The notes beneath the pieces were generated by a model. That model searched no databases. It was given only the letters and a program-made list of their open reading frames with translations, and was not told the origin of the DNA. A stretch of DNA of 33,229 nt from a virus. Its lineage: Duplodnaviria > Caudoviricetes. Location of the stretch: IMG/VR virus record IMGVR_UViG_3300020044_007282, positions 1 to 33,229 of that record; one strand, given 5' to 3'. The first letter of the stretch is position 1; each line of letters opens with the position of its first letter. Below are positions 1 to 8,562 of the stretch, one piece after another. A program made the position numbers and the translations under genes.

Positions 1-121
1 TTCGCAGTTTGCAGTCTTCGGTTGGCTGCTTCAAGTTGGTTGAGTAGAATTGCCTGCTCAATACCAAACTGCTTTTTAATCAGTTCTGCTTCTGCTTTGT
101 AATCAAATGGGATTACTTTCG
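1..121. repeat. Terminal direct repeat (copy 1); circular assembly overlap
   Basis: 1-121 is identical to 33109-33229, and an ORF reads through the junction. Confidence 0.95.
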
Positions 122-206
122 GTTTCTCTTTGGCGCAATGGTTAAGACCGATAATTAGCAGTAAGCATAGGACTGCAAAGGTTATAAGTTGGTGTTGTGG
201 TTTCAT
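1..206 (-). CDS. N-terminal part of a junction-spanning 188-aa membrane protein (spanin-like), continuing at 33108..32748
   Basis: ATG at 206 gives MKPQHQLITFAVLCLLLIIGLNHCAKEK..., in frame across the circular junction with ORF 32748..33050. Confidence 0.75.
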   Translation of the reverse strand, partial: MKPQHQLITFAVLCLLLIIGLNHCAKEKPKVIPFDYKAEAELIKKQFGIEQAILLNQLEAANRRLQTA

Positions 207-448
207 TTCTTAAAGTGTTCTAAATTTTTTTCTCTTTGATTCATTAAAAGTGCAACCTTTTGCGTTTCCAAAGCACCAATGATTTCGTGATAGGTGCATT
301 GATAATCTCCCTCATTTGCTATTGCAGTTGAGGCGCAATTCTCAAAAACTTCAACAGTAATCGTGAATAGTTTTTTGTTTTTGTTTGGTTCAAATAGTTT
401 ATTCATAGCCTTGTAATCTCTTTCATCCATATTGTTTAGTTTTAGCAC
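203..448 (-). CDS. Hypothetical protein
   Basis: 81-aa ORF packed between neighbours with overlapping start and stop codons. Confidence 0.6.
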   Translation of the reverse strand: MLKLNNMDERDYKAMNKLFEPNKNKKLFTITVEVFENCASTAIANEGDYQCTYHEIIGALETQKVALLMNQREKNLEHFKK

Positions 449-696
449 CCATCCCCATCAATTAAATCAGTTCTGGTTGGTGTTTCGGTTGTAAATTTAG
501 TTAAGAATTTAGTATTAATCAATAGGAACGTAGCTGCCAATCCACCCCAAAAGGCTTGCTTTAAAGTGATTAAACCTTGCGTTTCAGCCAATGCTAACGA
601 TGTTTGTATAAATGGCAGCAAAACGTAAATTAAGTAGTCTGCAATCTTTTTTAGTTGCTTGTTGTCGGGTGCGTGGTACTTTTGTTTTAGTTTCAT
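442..696 (-). CDS. Putative holin
   Basis: 84 aa with two hydrophobic segments (YLIYVLLPFIQTSLALA; AFWGGLAATFLLI), a basic N-terminus, and a position in the endolysin operon. Confidence 0.55.
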   Translation of the reverse strand: MKLKQKYHAPDNKQLKKIADYLIYVLLPFIQTSLALAETQGLITLKQAFWGGLAATFLLINTKFLTKFTTETPTRTDLIDGDGC

Positions 697-705
697 ATTG
701 TTTGG

Positions 706-870
706 TTATACATCAAAGTTTTCTAATTGCAATTTAAAATGCAGCAGTTCAATAGTCTGCCTCATACCAAAAAGATTTATAAGCGTGGTATATCTAATTC
801 CACAAATTGATTCTGATAATTCTTTAAGATTTATTTTTTGTTCTATTGTTAATTTTTTATACCAGTTCAT
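706..870 (-). CDS. Small hypothetical protein (54 aa, below the ORF-track cutoff)
   Basis: MNWYKKLTIEQKINLKELSESICGIRY...ENFDV fills the gap in the leftward operon. Confidence 0.55.
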   Translation of the reverse strand: MNWYKKLTIEQKINLKELSESICGIRYTTLINLFGMRQTIELLHFKLQLENFDV

Positions 871-871
871 T

Positions 872-1057
872 TCAATTAATTATTTCCCATTCAAATTTAG
901 CCTTAATATTCCATTCCACCAAAGGCATTATCAAATCGTGTTTATCCTTTCTGCGAAAGTAAACGTGGTCAATCTTTCGACCACCGATTACAATAAAATC
1001 AATCTTGCTAAAAGTGATTACCTCCTTGCCATTCGTGTAGCGTGTGTTGCGTGTCAT
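872..1057 (-). CDS. Hypothetical protein
   Basis: 61-aa ORF with ATGA overlap with the endolysin stop. Confidence 0.55.
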   Translation of the reverse strand: MTRNTRYTNGKEVITFSKIDFIVIGGRKIDHVYFRRKDKHDLIMPLVEWNIKAKFEWEIIN

Positions 1058-1476
1058 ACTATGGTCATTTTCCAGTTAGTTAATTCGTAGTGGGGTTGGT
1101 CAGAAAAGTTCTTAAAGTTGCCACCCCAAGTCAACTTGTTACTATGTGATTGCAACATCTCCCAAAATTCTTTAAAGTGCTTTGCAGAATAATCAAGTTC
1201 ACGTTTACCAACTTTCACAAAGGCAATGTCGAAAGCACGAGATGGGTAATAATTGTGCGGTGACTGCCCTGCTCTGGCATTAGTGATTTTCGGTCGCTTA
1301 TGATAGTAAACCTCCTGCATTGCATTGTTTCTGTAAGTGCAAACAATGATAACGTGAACATCATTGTGTGCTGCGTTAAATTGCGCTTCTGCTTTTTTGT
1401 AAGCGTTGGCAAGTGTTGGGTGTAGGTCCTCGATTAATCTCGATTCAAAGGGCTTGGTTTCATCTTTTGGTTTCAT
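1054..1476 (-). CDS. Endolysin, M15-family Zn peptidase (L-Ala-D-Glu peptidase-like)
   Basis: Motifs TYR...Q, SPH-x6-D (SPHNYYPSRAFD), WGG and D-x-PH-x-E. Confidence 0.88.
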   Translation of the reverse strand: MKPKDETKPFESRLIEDLHPTLANAYKKAEAQFNAAHNDVHVIIVCTYRNNAMQEVYYHKRPKITNARAGQSPHNYYPSRAFDIAFVKVGKRELDYSAKHFKEFWEMLQSHSNKLTWGGNFKNFSDQPHYELTNWKMTIV

Positions 1477-1649
1477 ATACCTTGAAAATTATTTTGGTTA
1501 GATTTCATTCCATTTATCCAAGCATTCTCTATCTGCTCCTTTTCCATTGCTTTGGCTTGGTTAAATAACTTATCTAATTCTTTTGCAGATGTTAACATAT
1601 TTTCTTTTAGTTGCATTTGTAACCATTCAACTGCTGTGACTTGTTTCAT
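1473..1649 (-). CDS. Small phage protein, TAVEWL-type
   Basis: MKQVTAVEWL...AKAMEKEQIENAW; ATG at 1649 follows an A-rich leader. Confidence 0.65.
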   Translation of the reverse strand: MKQVTAVEWLQMQLKENMLTSAKELDKLFNQAKAMEKEQIENAWINGMKSNQNNFQGI

Positions 1650-1650
1650 A

Positions 1651-1881
1651 TTATTTCTTTTTAAATTGTTCAAACCATTTTTGTATATCCTTAAAGGGAA
1701 CAAAATCTTTACCTCTACTATCTATAAATCCTGCTAATAAGTCTAAAACTTCTTCCTCACTATACATTCTTTCTTGTTGCCAGTTAATACCCCTTCTTAC
1801 TCCATCTTCCCATATATCTTGAGTATGCCCATTTGGATATCCTTCTCTTTCAATAAATTCTTCAAGTGTTTGTTGTTTCAT
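1651..1881 (-). CDS. Small phage protein (TLEE...WQQERMYSEEEV type)
   Basis: Likely start MKQQTLEE at 1881; could start upstream at 1965 or 1980. Confidence 0.6.
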   Translation of the reverse strand: MKQQTLEEFIEREGYPNGHTQDIWEDGVRRGINWQQERMYSEEEVLDLLAGFIDSRGKDFVPFKDIQKWFEQFKKK

Positions 1882-1942
1882 ATTATTATTATTTAAATTA
1901 CAATAGCATTCGTGTATGTCATTCGAGCCATAACACGCACAA

Positions 1943-2134
1943 CTATTTATTAAAGTTTTGTTCATAATATTCCTGCGCATTGTACTGTTTCGGCATTATA
2001 GCCCTTGAATAGCCAACGTGGTAGCCATTTATAATGTTTTGCTTTTCGATTTCTTTCGCTAACTTTAGCAACTTTTCATTAATTTCTATTTCGTTTGCCA
2101 ACCAGTCAACTGCGCTTATTTGTTTTGTGGGCAT
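1943..2134 (-). CDS. Small phage protein, paralogue of 1473..1649
   Basis: SAVDWL...AKEIEKQNIINGY resembles TAVEWL...AKAMEKEQIENAW. Confidence 0.65.
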   Translation of the reverse strand: MPTKQISAVDWLANEIEINEKLLKLAKEIEKQNIINGYHVGYSRAIMPKQYNAQEYYEQNFNK

Positions 2135-2262
2135 CTAACAGTTTTTTTAAATTGTTTATACTCTTTACTTGTATGGCAGCTATTGAATAGCAACCACATT
2201 ACAATCATTAAGACACGCATAAGTTGTTGTATAAGCGTGTAAATGTAGCGCATATTTGGTAG

Positions 2263-2574
2263 TTAGCGGTAATGGTCAGACGTTATATCTAACAGCAGAA
2301 GCCATTGCTATCAACAATAATATTCCTGCTATAATTGCACCATCTGTTCCAAACATTTGCCCTATGCAAAACATTACACCACCTGCTAATATTGTTGATA
2401 CCAACATATACCATCCCGTTCCTTTTTTAACTTTCGATAAACCACTACCGCTAACAGCAGTCTTACGCAATGGGGGGGTCTGTGCTTCGTTGGACAATTT
2501 TTCGTTAATCATAATTTTGTGCTTTTAATGTGGTGCAGTGGTTAAAAGCCCCCACTGCGTAAGGCTGCAAAACG
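2263..2574 (+). mobile_element. Putative integron-type gene cassette with an inverted ORF
   Basis: GTTAGCGGTAATGGT (2262-2276) is a 14/15 reverse complement of ACCACTACCGCTAAC (2441-2455), which begins an attC-like palindrome ending at G/TTAATA (2574-2580). Confidence 0.55.
2276..2512 (-). CDS. Small two-TM membrane protein carried in the cassette
   Basis: 78 aa with two hydrophobic helices; the N-terminus (PPLRKTAVSGS) is encoded by the attC-like arm. Confidence 0.6.
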   Translation of the reverse strand: MINEKLSNEAQTPPLRKTAVSGSGLSKVKKGTGWYMLVSTILAGGVMFCIGQMFGTDGAIIAGILLLIAMASAVRYNV

Positions 2575-2580
2575 TTAATA
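2449..2580 (+). repeat. attC-like imperfect palindrome (132 bp)
   Basis: CGCTAAC ... GTTAATA ends; inner arms 2457-2476 and 2549-2568 are 18/20 complementary. Confidence 0.6.
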
Positions 2581-2991
2581 AATCCTTAAATTCATAATCT
2601 CAATATCAATCGGCACTTCTATGCCCCTCACACCATCTTTCTCTGCGTAACTATACAACTGATACCCAATCGGAAAAGAGTGTCTTGGTGCAATCCTAAA
2701 TGCGTAACCATCATTAGCCTTGCATTCGATGTAATGACCCCAATGCAATTCAACCGATACATTTTCGCCAATCTCGTATCTGCCTAACCGTTGAATGATT
2801 CTCTGCCCTTTGATATAGGCATAAAAGTACAAAACGCAATAGTTCTCCTCCTTGCGAATGCCTAACCTAATGCTATTCCAATGATGCCAACCTCTTGAGA
2901 AGCCTATGACCTTTTGCACCCCATCGGACTTGTCGATGTCTGGCACAATAAATTCGCAGGTTAGTTTTGTTGGATTCCAGAGCAGTTTCAT
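2575..2991 (-). CDS. Hypothetical protein
   Basis: ORF with ATGA coupling to the upstream gene at 2988-2991. Confidence 0.65.
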   Translation of the reverse strand: MKLLWNPTKLTCEFIVPDIDKSDGVQKVIGFSRGWHHWNSIRLGIRKEENYCVLYFYAYIKGQRIIQRLGRYEIGENVSVELHWGHYIECKANDGYAFRIAPRHSFPIGYQLYSYAEKDGVRGIEVPIDIEIMNLRIY

Positions 2992-3179
2992 TTTTTCAAC
3001 CATTGTTGCATAAACCCAGCACCACACACCGCACTTGTAAGCGATGCACATAATGAAAGAGTAAAGGTTAAATGGTCAGAGTTTCCATTTTCTGCGCCAG
3101 TCATAGCAAATTTAACCGCCCAAAATGACATAAAAAGGGCTGATAATGCCCATAAGATAAGTGATAGTTTTGTTTTCAT
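2988..3179 (-). CDS. Small membrane protein
   Basis: 63 aa with two hydrophobic stretches. Confidence 0.6.
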   Translation of the reverse strand: MKTKLSLILWALSALFMSFWAVKFAMTGAENGNSDHLTFTLSLCASLTSAVCGAGFMQQWLKK

Positions 3180-3182
3180 AGT

Positions 3183-3350
3183 TTAAAAGTTTTCGGGATC
3201 TAATTCTTCGTTTAATAATTGTTCTAATTTAGGGCTTAAATGTACTGGTGTGTTACCATTAGTAATATCCGTTAATACCCAACCGCCACGAATGTTGTTT
3301 TCTCTGTCGGTTTCTTCAAATTCCCAATGCAATGTTAGTGTTGTTTCCAT
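3183..3350 (-). CDS. Small acidic hypothetical protein (55 aa), first gene of the leftward operon
   Basis: METTLTLHWEFEETDRENNIRGGW...DPENF, just downstream of the leftward promoter. Confidence 0.6.
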   Translation of the reverse strand: METTLTLHWEFEETDRENNIRGGWVLTDITNGNTPVHLSPKLEQLLNEELDPENF

Positions 3351-3373
3351 AGTTATTTAGTTTTAAATTTTGG

Positions 3374-3436
3374 CAAATATAAAATAAAAATAATTAGCAA
3401 ACAATTTTATTTTTAAAAATATTATTAGTAGGTTTG
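3374..3436. promoter_or_regulatory. Divergent Bacteroidota-type promoters
   Basis: TATATTTG on the minus strand (3374-3381) and TAGGTTTG on the plus strand (3429-3436) match the TAnnTTTG -7 consensus at the strand switch. Confidence 0.6.
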
Positions 3437-3460
3437 CCGAAACTTTTAACAACTAACAAA

Positions 3461-3628
3461 ATGAAACAACTTATCCAACGCTTACTCTTCGGTTACCGAA
3501 ATAACCCAGCAGCCTACATTCCTAAAGGAGGCGCAAAATTAACTTATAAAGGTGGCAACGCTGAAGCCATACATTCAGCATTAGTGTTAATGCAATACCA
3601 AATTCGCAATGCCGAAAAAATCAATTAA
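3461..3628 (+). CDS. Hypothetical protein
   Basis: ATG at 3461 follows the leader AACTAACAAA. Confidence 0.55.
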   Translation: MKQLIQRLLFGYRNNPAAYIPKGGAKLTYKGGNAEAIHSALVLMQYQIRNAEKIN

Positions 3629-3986
3629 ACCACGCAACAGAAAGATAAGCCGCTACATTAGTGATGCTTACGTAAACATCATTAGACCTGAAGCAATAGA
3701 CCAGAAGCACTGGGATATGTGGTTGAAACATAATGCAGGATTAACCCAAGTTGAACTCGCAATGCTATTCCAAGTTAAGAAATTCGAAGTGGTGCAAATA
3801 TTGGCAACGGTTGTGGAGCTTCTAAAATACAAACCGAAAATAATCGAAAAGGAATGGACACAAGAGTTTCGTGTTTGGATTGATGGGCAACTATTTAGAG
3901 ATAAGATAAGGGCTAAACTACATGCCGCGTATAAAGTGGCTAAAAAAACGAATACAAATCAGTTATTAATAATGTCAGAAGTATGA
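3609..3986 (+). CDS. Putative HTH DNA-binding protein
   Basis: GLTQVELAMLFQVKKFEVVQIL is a helix-turn-helix-like pattern. Confidence 0.55.
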   Translation: MPKKSIKPRNRKISRYISDAYVNIIRPEAIDQKHWDMWLKHNAGLTQVELAMLFQVKKFEVVQILATVVELLKYKPKIIEKEWTQEFRVWIDGQLFRDKIRAKLHAAYKVAKKTNTNQLLIMSEV

Positions 3987-4327
3987 TGGTTGAACTACGA
4001 AAAAAAAGAAGTGCAACAAGCGCCTATCAAGTTAAACCAATAATAAGGTGCGCTAAAAAAAAGCAATCTGTTTTTATTGTTTCAAAATTAATATTAAAAC
4101 AAATGGATATTAACCCCGAAACCGATGGTATTATGTTTGGATTTAAAGATAAAAAATTGCATATTTTTAAGGAACTAAAAGAAAGCGATAATTATCATTT
4201 ATCAGTTGCTGATGCCAACACGATGAGGTTTAGAAGCAATGATTTATTTGAGCATTTGTCTAAATTTTACAATAAACAAGATTTTACCATTTTATTACAA
4301 AACGATTTAACATTTAATATCCTATGA
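3983..4327 (+). CDS. Hypothetical protein
   Basis: 114-aa ORF with ATGA coupling on both sides. Confidence 0.6.
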   Translation: MMVELRKKRSATSAYQVKPIIRCAKKKQSVFIVSKLILKQMDINPETDGIMFGFKDKKLHIFKELKESDNYHLSVADANTMRFRSNDLFEHLSKFYNKQDFTILLQNDLTFNIL

Positions 4328-4572
4328 ACATAACCGCAGAACAACCCCGAATTAAACCAAGCAATGAACAACTTAAGCAAGAATACAAACAGATGTTAGC
4401 ACTTGTTGAGCATAATGGATCAAGACCAGCGAAATGCAACCCGATAACCGAAGCCGCTAAACAATTTGGATACACTCGACCAGGTATAGCTCGGTTAATG
4501 AATGGTAAAGTTGACCGGTGGAAGCCACAACATTTTGCTATTTATCAATTTCTTAAAGCATATTTAACATAA
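4324..4572 (+). CDS. Putative HTH (Cro/XRE-like) regulator
   Basis: ITEAAKQFGYTRPGIARLMNG. Confidence 0.6.
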   Translation: MNITAEQPRIKPSNEQLKQEYKQMLALVEHNGSRPAKCNPITEAAKQFGYTRPGIARLMNGKVDRWKPQHFAIYQFLKAYLT

Positions 4573-4598
4573 ATTAACACTTTAGTTGAAAATATTAT

Positions 4599-4628
4599 TT
4601 TGAGGTAATGAATTTAAGTGTACATTTG
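4599..4628 (+). promoter_or_regulatory. Bacteroidota sigma-A promoter
   Basis: TTTG-N18-TACATTTG. Confidence 0.65.
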
Positions 4629-4668
4629 CATCAACAAATAACAATTACTAATTTTAAAAACTAACAAA

Positions 4669-4917
4669 ATGAAAGCAAGAAAATTTGAAAACGTAGAAAT
4701 TAATCAAACAGTAACTTTTGAAGAAAACGGAATGATTGAAACTGGTATTGTATGTAATGTTGAACACAATAAATTTACCGTAAGAGCATTAAGATGTTGG
4801 GATAGATGTGGAGTAATGGTTTATTATGACAAAAATTTTAGTTTTTTTAAAACTGGAACTAAAACACATTCACATTATAATTATCAAAATGCGATTGCAA
4901 TAACTGGCACTATTTAA
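4669..4917 (+). CDS. Hypothetical protein
   Basis: 82-aa ORF after a promoter and an A-rich leader. Confidence 0.65.
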   Translation: MKARKFENVEINQTVTFEENGMIETGIVCNVEHNKFTVRALRCWDRCGVMVYYDKNFSFFKTGTKTHSHYNYQNAIAITGTI

Positions 4918-4972
4918 ACAATCAAAGGGGGCTAAACACCCCAATTACAAACCCAATAAAAACAAACTAACA

Positions 4973-5293
4973 ATGCAATCAATTTACATCACAAAAACAA
5001 TCACCACAGTTACAACGTGGGAAAACAAACAACAAAATCAAAAAATTGAACACGAATCAGATTCTCAAAACTTTTACTTTTGGGATGATGGCAGAATAGC
5101 AGCCTCATTTGAGGAAAAATATGCAGCCGACATACTTAAAAAATGCGATGCACTTATTTCTGCTGGCTTTAACGAAATGGATTTAGCAGGTCAAGACTTC
5201 ATCCCTAACAATGTTTTTCTCTCAATCGTGTTGTCACAATTTCTTCACGTTCCAAAAGTAGATACAATTCATAAAGATAGTAATCATAATTAA
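4973..5293 (+). CDS. Hypothetical protein
   Basis: 106-aa ORF with an A-rich leader. Confidence 0.65.
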   Translation: MQSIYITKTITTVTTWENKQQNQKIEHESDSQNFYFWDDGRIAASFEEKYAADILKKCDALISAGFNEMDLAGQDFIPNNVFLSIVLSQFLHVPKVDTIHKDSNHN

Positions 5294-5304
5294 TACAAAA
5301 CAAA

Positions 5305-5658
5305 ATGACAATTAAAGGCACAATTAAGCGCATAGGCGCAACAGTATCAGTAAGTGATGGTAAGTTCTCCAAGAGAGAATTAATCCTAACCACAACAGAC
5401 CAGTATCCGCAAATAGTATCAATCGAATTACAACAGAAGGCCTGCTCAATAGCAGATTCATTATCAGTAGGTCAGGACATTGAAGCTTACATTAACATCA
5501 GAGGTCGTGAGTGGACCAGTCCACAAGGTGAGGTTAAGGTTTTCAACACCATTGCTTGTTGGAAAGTGGATGCTAATCCGTTTACACAAACAAACGATCC
5601 GCAAGTGGAGTATTCAAAGCCAAGCACATCAATAACTGATTCAGATTTACCGTTTTAA
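5305..5658 (+). CDS. DUF3127-like ssDNA-binding protein
   Basis: KRELIL...QYPQ...NIRGREW...FNTIACWK and an SSB-like C-terminal DLPF. Confidence 0.8.
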   Translation: MTIKGTIKRIGATVSVSDGKFSKRELILTTTDQYPQIVSIELQQKACSIADSLSVGQDIEAYINIRGREWTSPQGEVKVFNTIACWKVDANPFTQTNDPQVEYSKPSTSITDSDLPF

Positions 5659-5682
5659 TTTTAACCCTAATACATAATAACA

Positions 5683-6363
5683 ATGAACACACAAGTTTCA
5701 ATAGTACAACAGTTGCCAATATCAGAATTGATGAATTTGGCCAAAGCATTCGCAGAAAGCGGAATGTTTGCAGACACAAAATCAGCAGCCCAAGCAATAG
5801 TTAAAATCCAAGCAGGGCAAGAAATTGGAATACCTCCTTTCGCTGCTATGACTGGCATTCACATTATTCAAGGCAAGCCGACCATTGGTGCTGGTCTTAT
5901 TGCATCAAGATTAAAAGGTAGTGGCAAATATGACTATCGTGTTGTTGAAGCATCAGAAAAGGTTTGCAGCATAGATTTCTATCAAGGTAACACAAAGATA
6001 GGTAATAGCACATTCACTATTGAGGATGCAAGAAAAGCATTAACCAAGAACATTGATAAGTTTCCAAAGAATATGCTATTTGCAAGGGCTATCAGCAATG
6101 GTGTTAAGTGGTATTGCCCAGACATCTTTAGTGGACCAGTTTATGTGCCAGAAGAGATGCAAGTGGTAACTACTGAAGAGGCTACCCACATTGAAGTTGA
6201 CACAACTATTGATGAGATAATTAATGACATTCAAGTGTGCGTTAGTTTAGATGAAATTAAAGCGGTATGGGGAAAGATTACCAAAGCGCAACGATTAGAC
6301 CTACGAGTATTAGCAGCAAAGGATGAAATGAAAACTAAACTAACACCTAACACCGAAGCATAA
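5683..6363 (+). CDS. ssDNA annealing protein/recombinase (RecT/Redbeta-like)
   Basis: GQEIGIPP...IHIIQGKP...PKNMLFARA...PD pattern; lies between the SSB-like and Gp157 genes. Confidence 0.7.
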   Translation: MNTQVSIVQQLPISELMNLAKAFAESGMFADTKSAAQAIVKIQAGQEIGIPPFAAMTGIHIIQGKPTIGAGLIASRLKGSGKYDYRVVEASEKVCSIDFYQGNTKIGNSTFTIEDARKALTKNIDKFPKNMLFARAISNGVKWYCPDIFSGPVYVPEEMQVVTTEEATHIEVDTTIDEIINDIQVCVSLDEIKAVWGKITKAQRLDLRVLAAKDEMKTKLTPNTEA

Positions 6364-6857
6364 TGAAACTAACAATTTATCAAATCGAACAAAGCTATAA
6401 CCAATTAGCAGAGGAATTAATCGAAAATGGTGGGGAATTAACCCCATCATTAGAAGAAGCACTTGCAATAACAGAAGATCAACTGCAAAACAAATCAGTT
6501 GCTTATTCGTTTGTAATAAAACAAATGGATGCTGATGTTGACATTATTGATGCTGAAATAAAACGATTGCAGGCAGCGAAGAAGCAACGTGAAAAAGCAT
6601 CTGAATATCTAAAGGAGCGAATCAAACACGCAATGGACACATTCCAGATTGAAGAAATCAAAACACCATTGGTAAAGATTAACTTTCGCAAATCTGAATC
6701 AGTTGAGGTGGATGATGTCAACCAACTACCTGCTGCATTCAAGGTTGTAAAGGTTACTGAGCAAGCCGATAAAGCAGCAATTAAAGCAGCACTTAAAGAT
6801 GGTGTTGAGGTTACTGGATGCAGTATTGCAACACATCGGAATTTGCAGATTAAGTAA
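6363..6857 (+). CDS. Siphovirus Gp157-like protein
   Basis: EIKRLQ coiled coil, RKSESVEV and DKAAIKAALKDG-EV-G...NLQIK. Confidence 0.85.
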   Translation: MKLTIYQIEQSYNQLAEELIENGGELTPSLEEALAITEDQLQNKSVAYSFVIKQMDADVDIIDAEIKRLQAAKKQREKASEYLKERIKHAMDTFQIEEIKTPLVKINFRKSESVEVDDVNQLPAAFKVVKVTEQADKAAIKAALKDGVEVTGCSIATHRNLQIK

Positions 6858-6972
6858 TTAATTTATATATTTGCATTGTTGTTTCGGTCTCACATTATAG
6901 AAACATAATAATATTGGCCCTTATAGAGGCGCAAGGAAGTGAGACCCCTTGCAAATCTTTAAGGGCTTTTTT
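6842..6972 (+). promoter_or_regulatory. Promoter plus structured leader RNA ending in a terminator (element A)
   Basis: TTTG-N20-TATATTTG; hairpin 6880-6905; long hairpin 6917-6966 followed by T6; complementary loops GGTCTCAC and GTGAGACC. Confidence 0.65.
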
Positions 6973-6985
6973 AATTCTTATAACT

Positions 6986-7135
6986 ATGAAAATATTTTTA
7001 GTAAAATCCCCAAGCGGGAAAATCCTTCCAACATGGGCCGAAACAATTTATCATGCAATCCAAAAAGCAATGGTAGTGGATGGCTTTAATTACAATCAAA
7101 CCGAGTATAATAAACTAAACCCTAAAAAAAAATAA
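6986..7135 (+). CDS. Small hypothetical protein
   Basis: MKIFLVKSPSGK...; ATG lies right after the leader terminator. Confidence 0.5.
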   Translation: MKIFLVKSPSGKILPTWAETIYHAIQKAMVVDGFNYNQTEYNKLNPKKK

Positions 7136-7136
7136 C

Positions 7137-7694
7137 ATGAAAACAGAAAAAGAATTTGTAAACAAACTTGAATTAAAATTTAAAAAGTATTTTGAAGTTC
7201 AAAGAGAAGTAGTAAGCAAGTGCAAGAAAAACAGAATTGATTTGCTTTTAACTATTGATGGCAAATATCACTTTGCAATTGAATGTAAAATACCCGACAA
7301 AAAAAGAGGCGAGGAAATAGGCAAGTACATTAAGCAAGCCGAAAGATACACAACCGCAGAGTGGGAATATAAACCAGGCGAATTTGTTAAAGCTATTGTT
7401 TTAATTTGCCCGCCTTTATCTTATAGCTATTTTATTTTAAATGATCAATCAACAATTATTGATGGAGTAGAATTGCACATCGATAGACATGAGGAGCTGC
7501 ATGACCATCATTCTTTTAACGGTTTTCTTGGTGTGTTTAACATTGGTGAAGTGCGAAAAAAACCATTAGGCTATCAGTTTAGCATCAATAATAAACCAGT
7601 ATTTGAGCATAAGATACATCCAAACGGTATTGATTACACAAATGTTCACATAGCCAATTATGAGTTTATGATGGATAAACTATGCAACCAATAA
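7137..7694 (+). CDS. PD-(D/E)XK-family nuclease-like protein
   Basis: E...RIDLLL...AIECK...Q...Y. Confidence 0.6.
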   Translation: MKTEKEFVNKLELKFKKYFEVQREVVSKCKKNRIDLLLTIDGKYHFAIECKIPDKKRGEEIGKYIKQAERYTTAEWEYKPGEFVKAIVLICPPLSYSYFILNDQSTIIDGVELHIDRHEELHDHHSFNGFLGVFNIGEVRKKPLGYQFSINNKPVFEHKIHPNGIDYTNVHIANYEFMMDKLCNQ

Positions 7695-8560
7695 CATTCA
7701 ACTACTACGAAGCCGACATCAAACGTAGCACTCCATTAGGCAGTGTTACGCTTGAATATCTTATAAACGCGATTAGAACACCTAAAAAAGATATCCGCAA
7801 TGTATTTGAGGAGATACGTATAGCAGAGGAAAAAAAAGACATGGCCAAAAAGCAAGCTTTAAAGTCAAAGCTATATTCATTTACTCCATGTGTGTATGTT
7901 AACGGGCCGCGTAAGTATTCCAATATTCAGCATTGGACTGGATTACTTGTTTTGGATTTCGACCATTTAGCAAGTGATGTGGCAGTTGAATTCAAAGAAT
8001 ATTTATTCAACGAATACAAATACATTATAACCGCGTGGCTATCCGCTTCGAGGCATGGTGTTCGCGCACTGGTTAAGATTCCGATTTGCACTTCAGTTGA
8101 TGAATTTAAACAATACTATGCAGGCATCGAGAGACACCTTAACTGTTACAATGGGTTTGATACAGCACCAAAGAACTGCATCCTACCAATGTTTATCAGT
8201 TACGATGCCGACATCCTACACAGAAACGATGCGCAAACTTGGTCAACAAAGCATATTGAAATAGTGAGGCCCGCAGTTAAGCAGTATATTGTTGATGATA
8301 AAACTTCGGTTATTGAAAAGATAATTGCTAAACGTATTAATACCATAACCGATACTGGGCATATTATTTTAAGAGCAACTTCGTACTTGCTTGGTGGTTA
8401 TGTTGGCGCAAATTATATTGATTATAATGATGCCATTTCACTTATTAATAATTTAATAGATTCGCAAAGTTACCTATCTAAAAAGCCAAGTATTTATAAA
8501 GCTACCGCAAAACAAATGGTGGATAAGGGTTTAAATTTTCCTACTTATCTATCTAAATAA
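7682..8560 (+). CDS. Primase-like protein (BT4734/VirE N-terminal-like, AEP-type)
   Basis: LKSKL..FTP, TGLLVLDFDH and SASRHGVRALVKI motifs. Confidence 0.75.
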   Translation: MQPITFNYYEADIKRSTPLGSVTLEYLINAIRTPKKDIRNVFEEIRIAEEKKDMAKKQALKSKLYSFTPCVYVNGPRKYSNIQHWTGLLVLDFDHLASDVAVEFKEYLFNEYKYIITAWLSASRHGVRALVKIPICTSVDEFKQYYAGIERHLNCYNGFDTAPKNCILPMFISYDADILHRNDAQTWSTKHIEIVRPAVKQYIVDDKTSVIEKIIAKRINTITDTGHIILRATSYLLGGYVGANYIDYNDAISLINNLIDSQSYLSKKPSIYKATAKQMVDKGLNFPTYLSK

Positions 8561-8562
8561 AT

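Noticed and set aside
659-1090. 143-aa plus-strand ORF and similar antisense ORFs (e.g. 2256..2528, 9837..10166, 15506..15901, 20988..21428, 27298..27759, 30262..30777)
   Set aside because: These are shadows of well-supported genes on the opposite strand and have no motifs.
2133-2268. Second attC site upstream of the cassette
   Set aside because: It has TCTAAC and GTTAGCG ends, but the arms pair poorly; at best a degenerate relic.
4926-4942. GGGG...CCCC hairpin as a terminator
   Set aside because: Short stem with no U-tract; insufficient support.
6914-6985. N-terminal extension of ORF 6914..7135
   Set aside because: It overlaps the terminator hairpin of leader A; ATG 6986 is the more plausible start.
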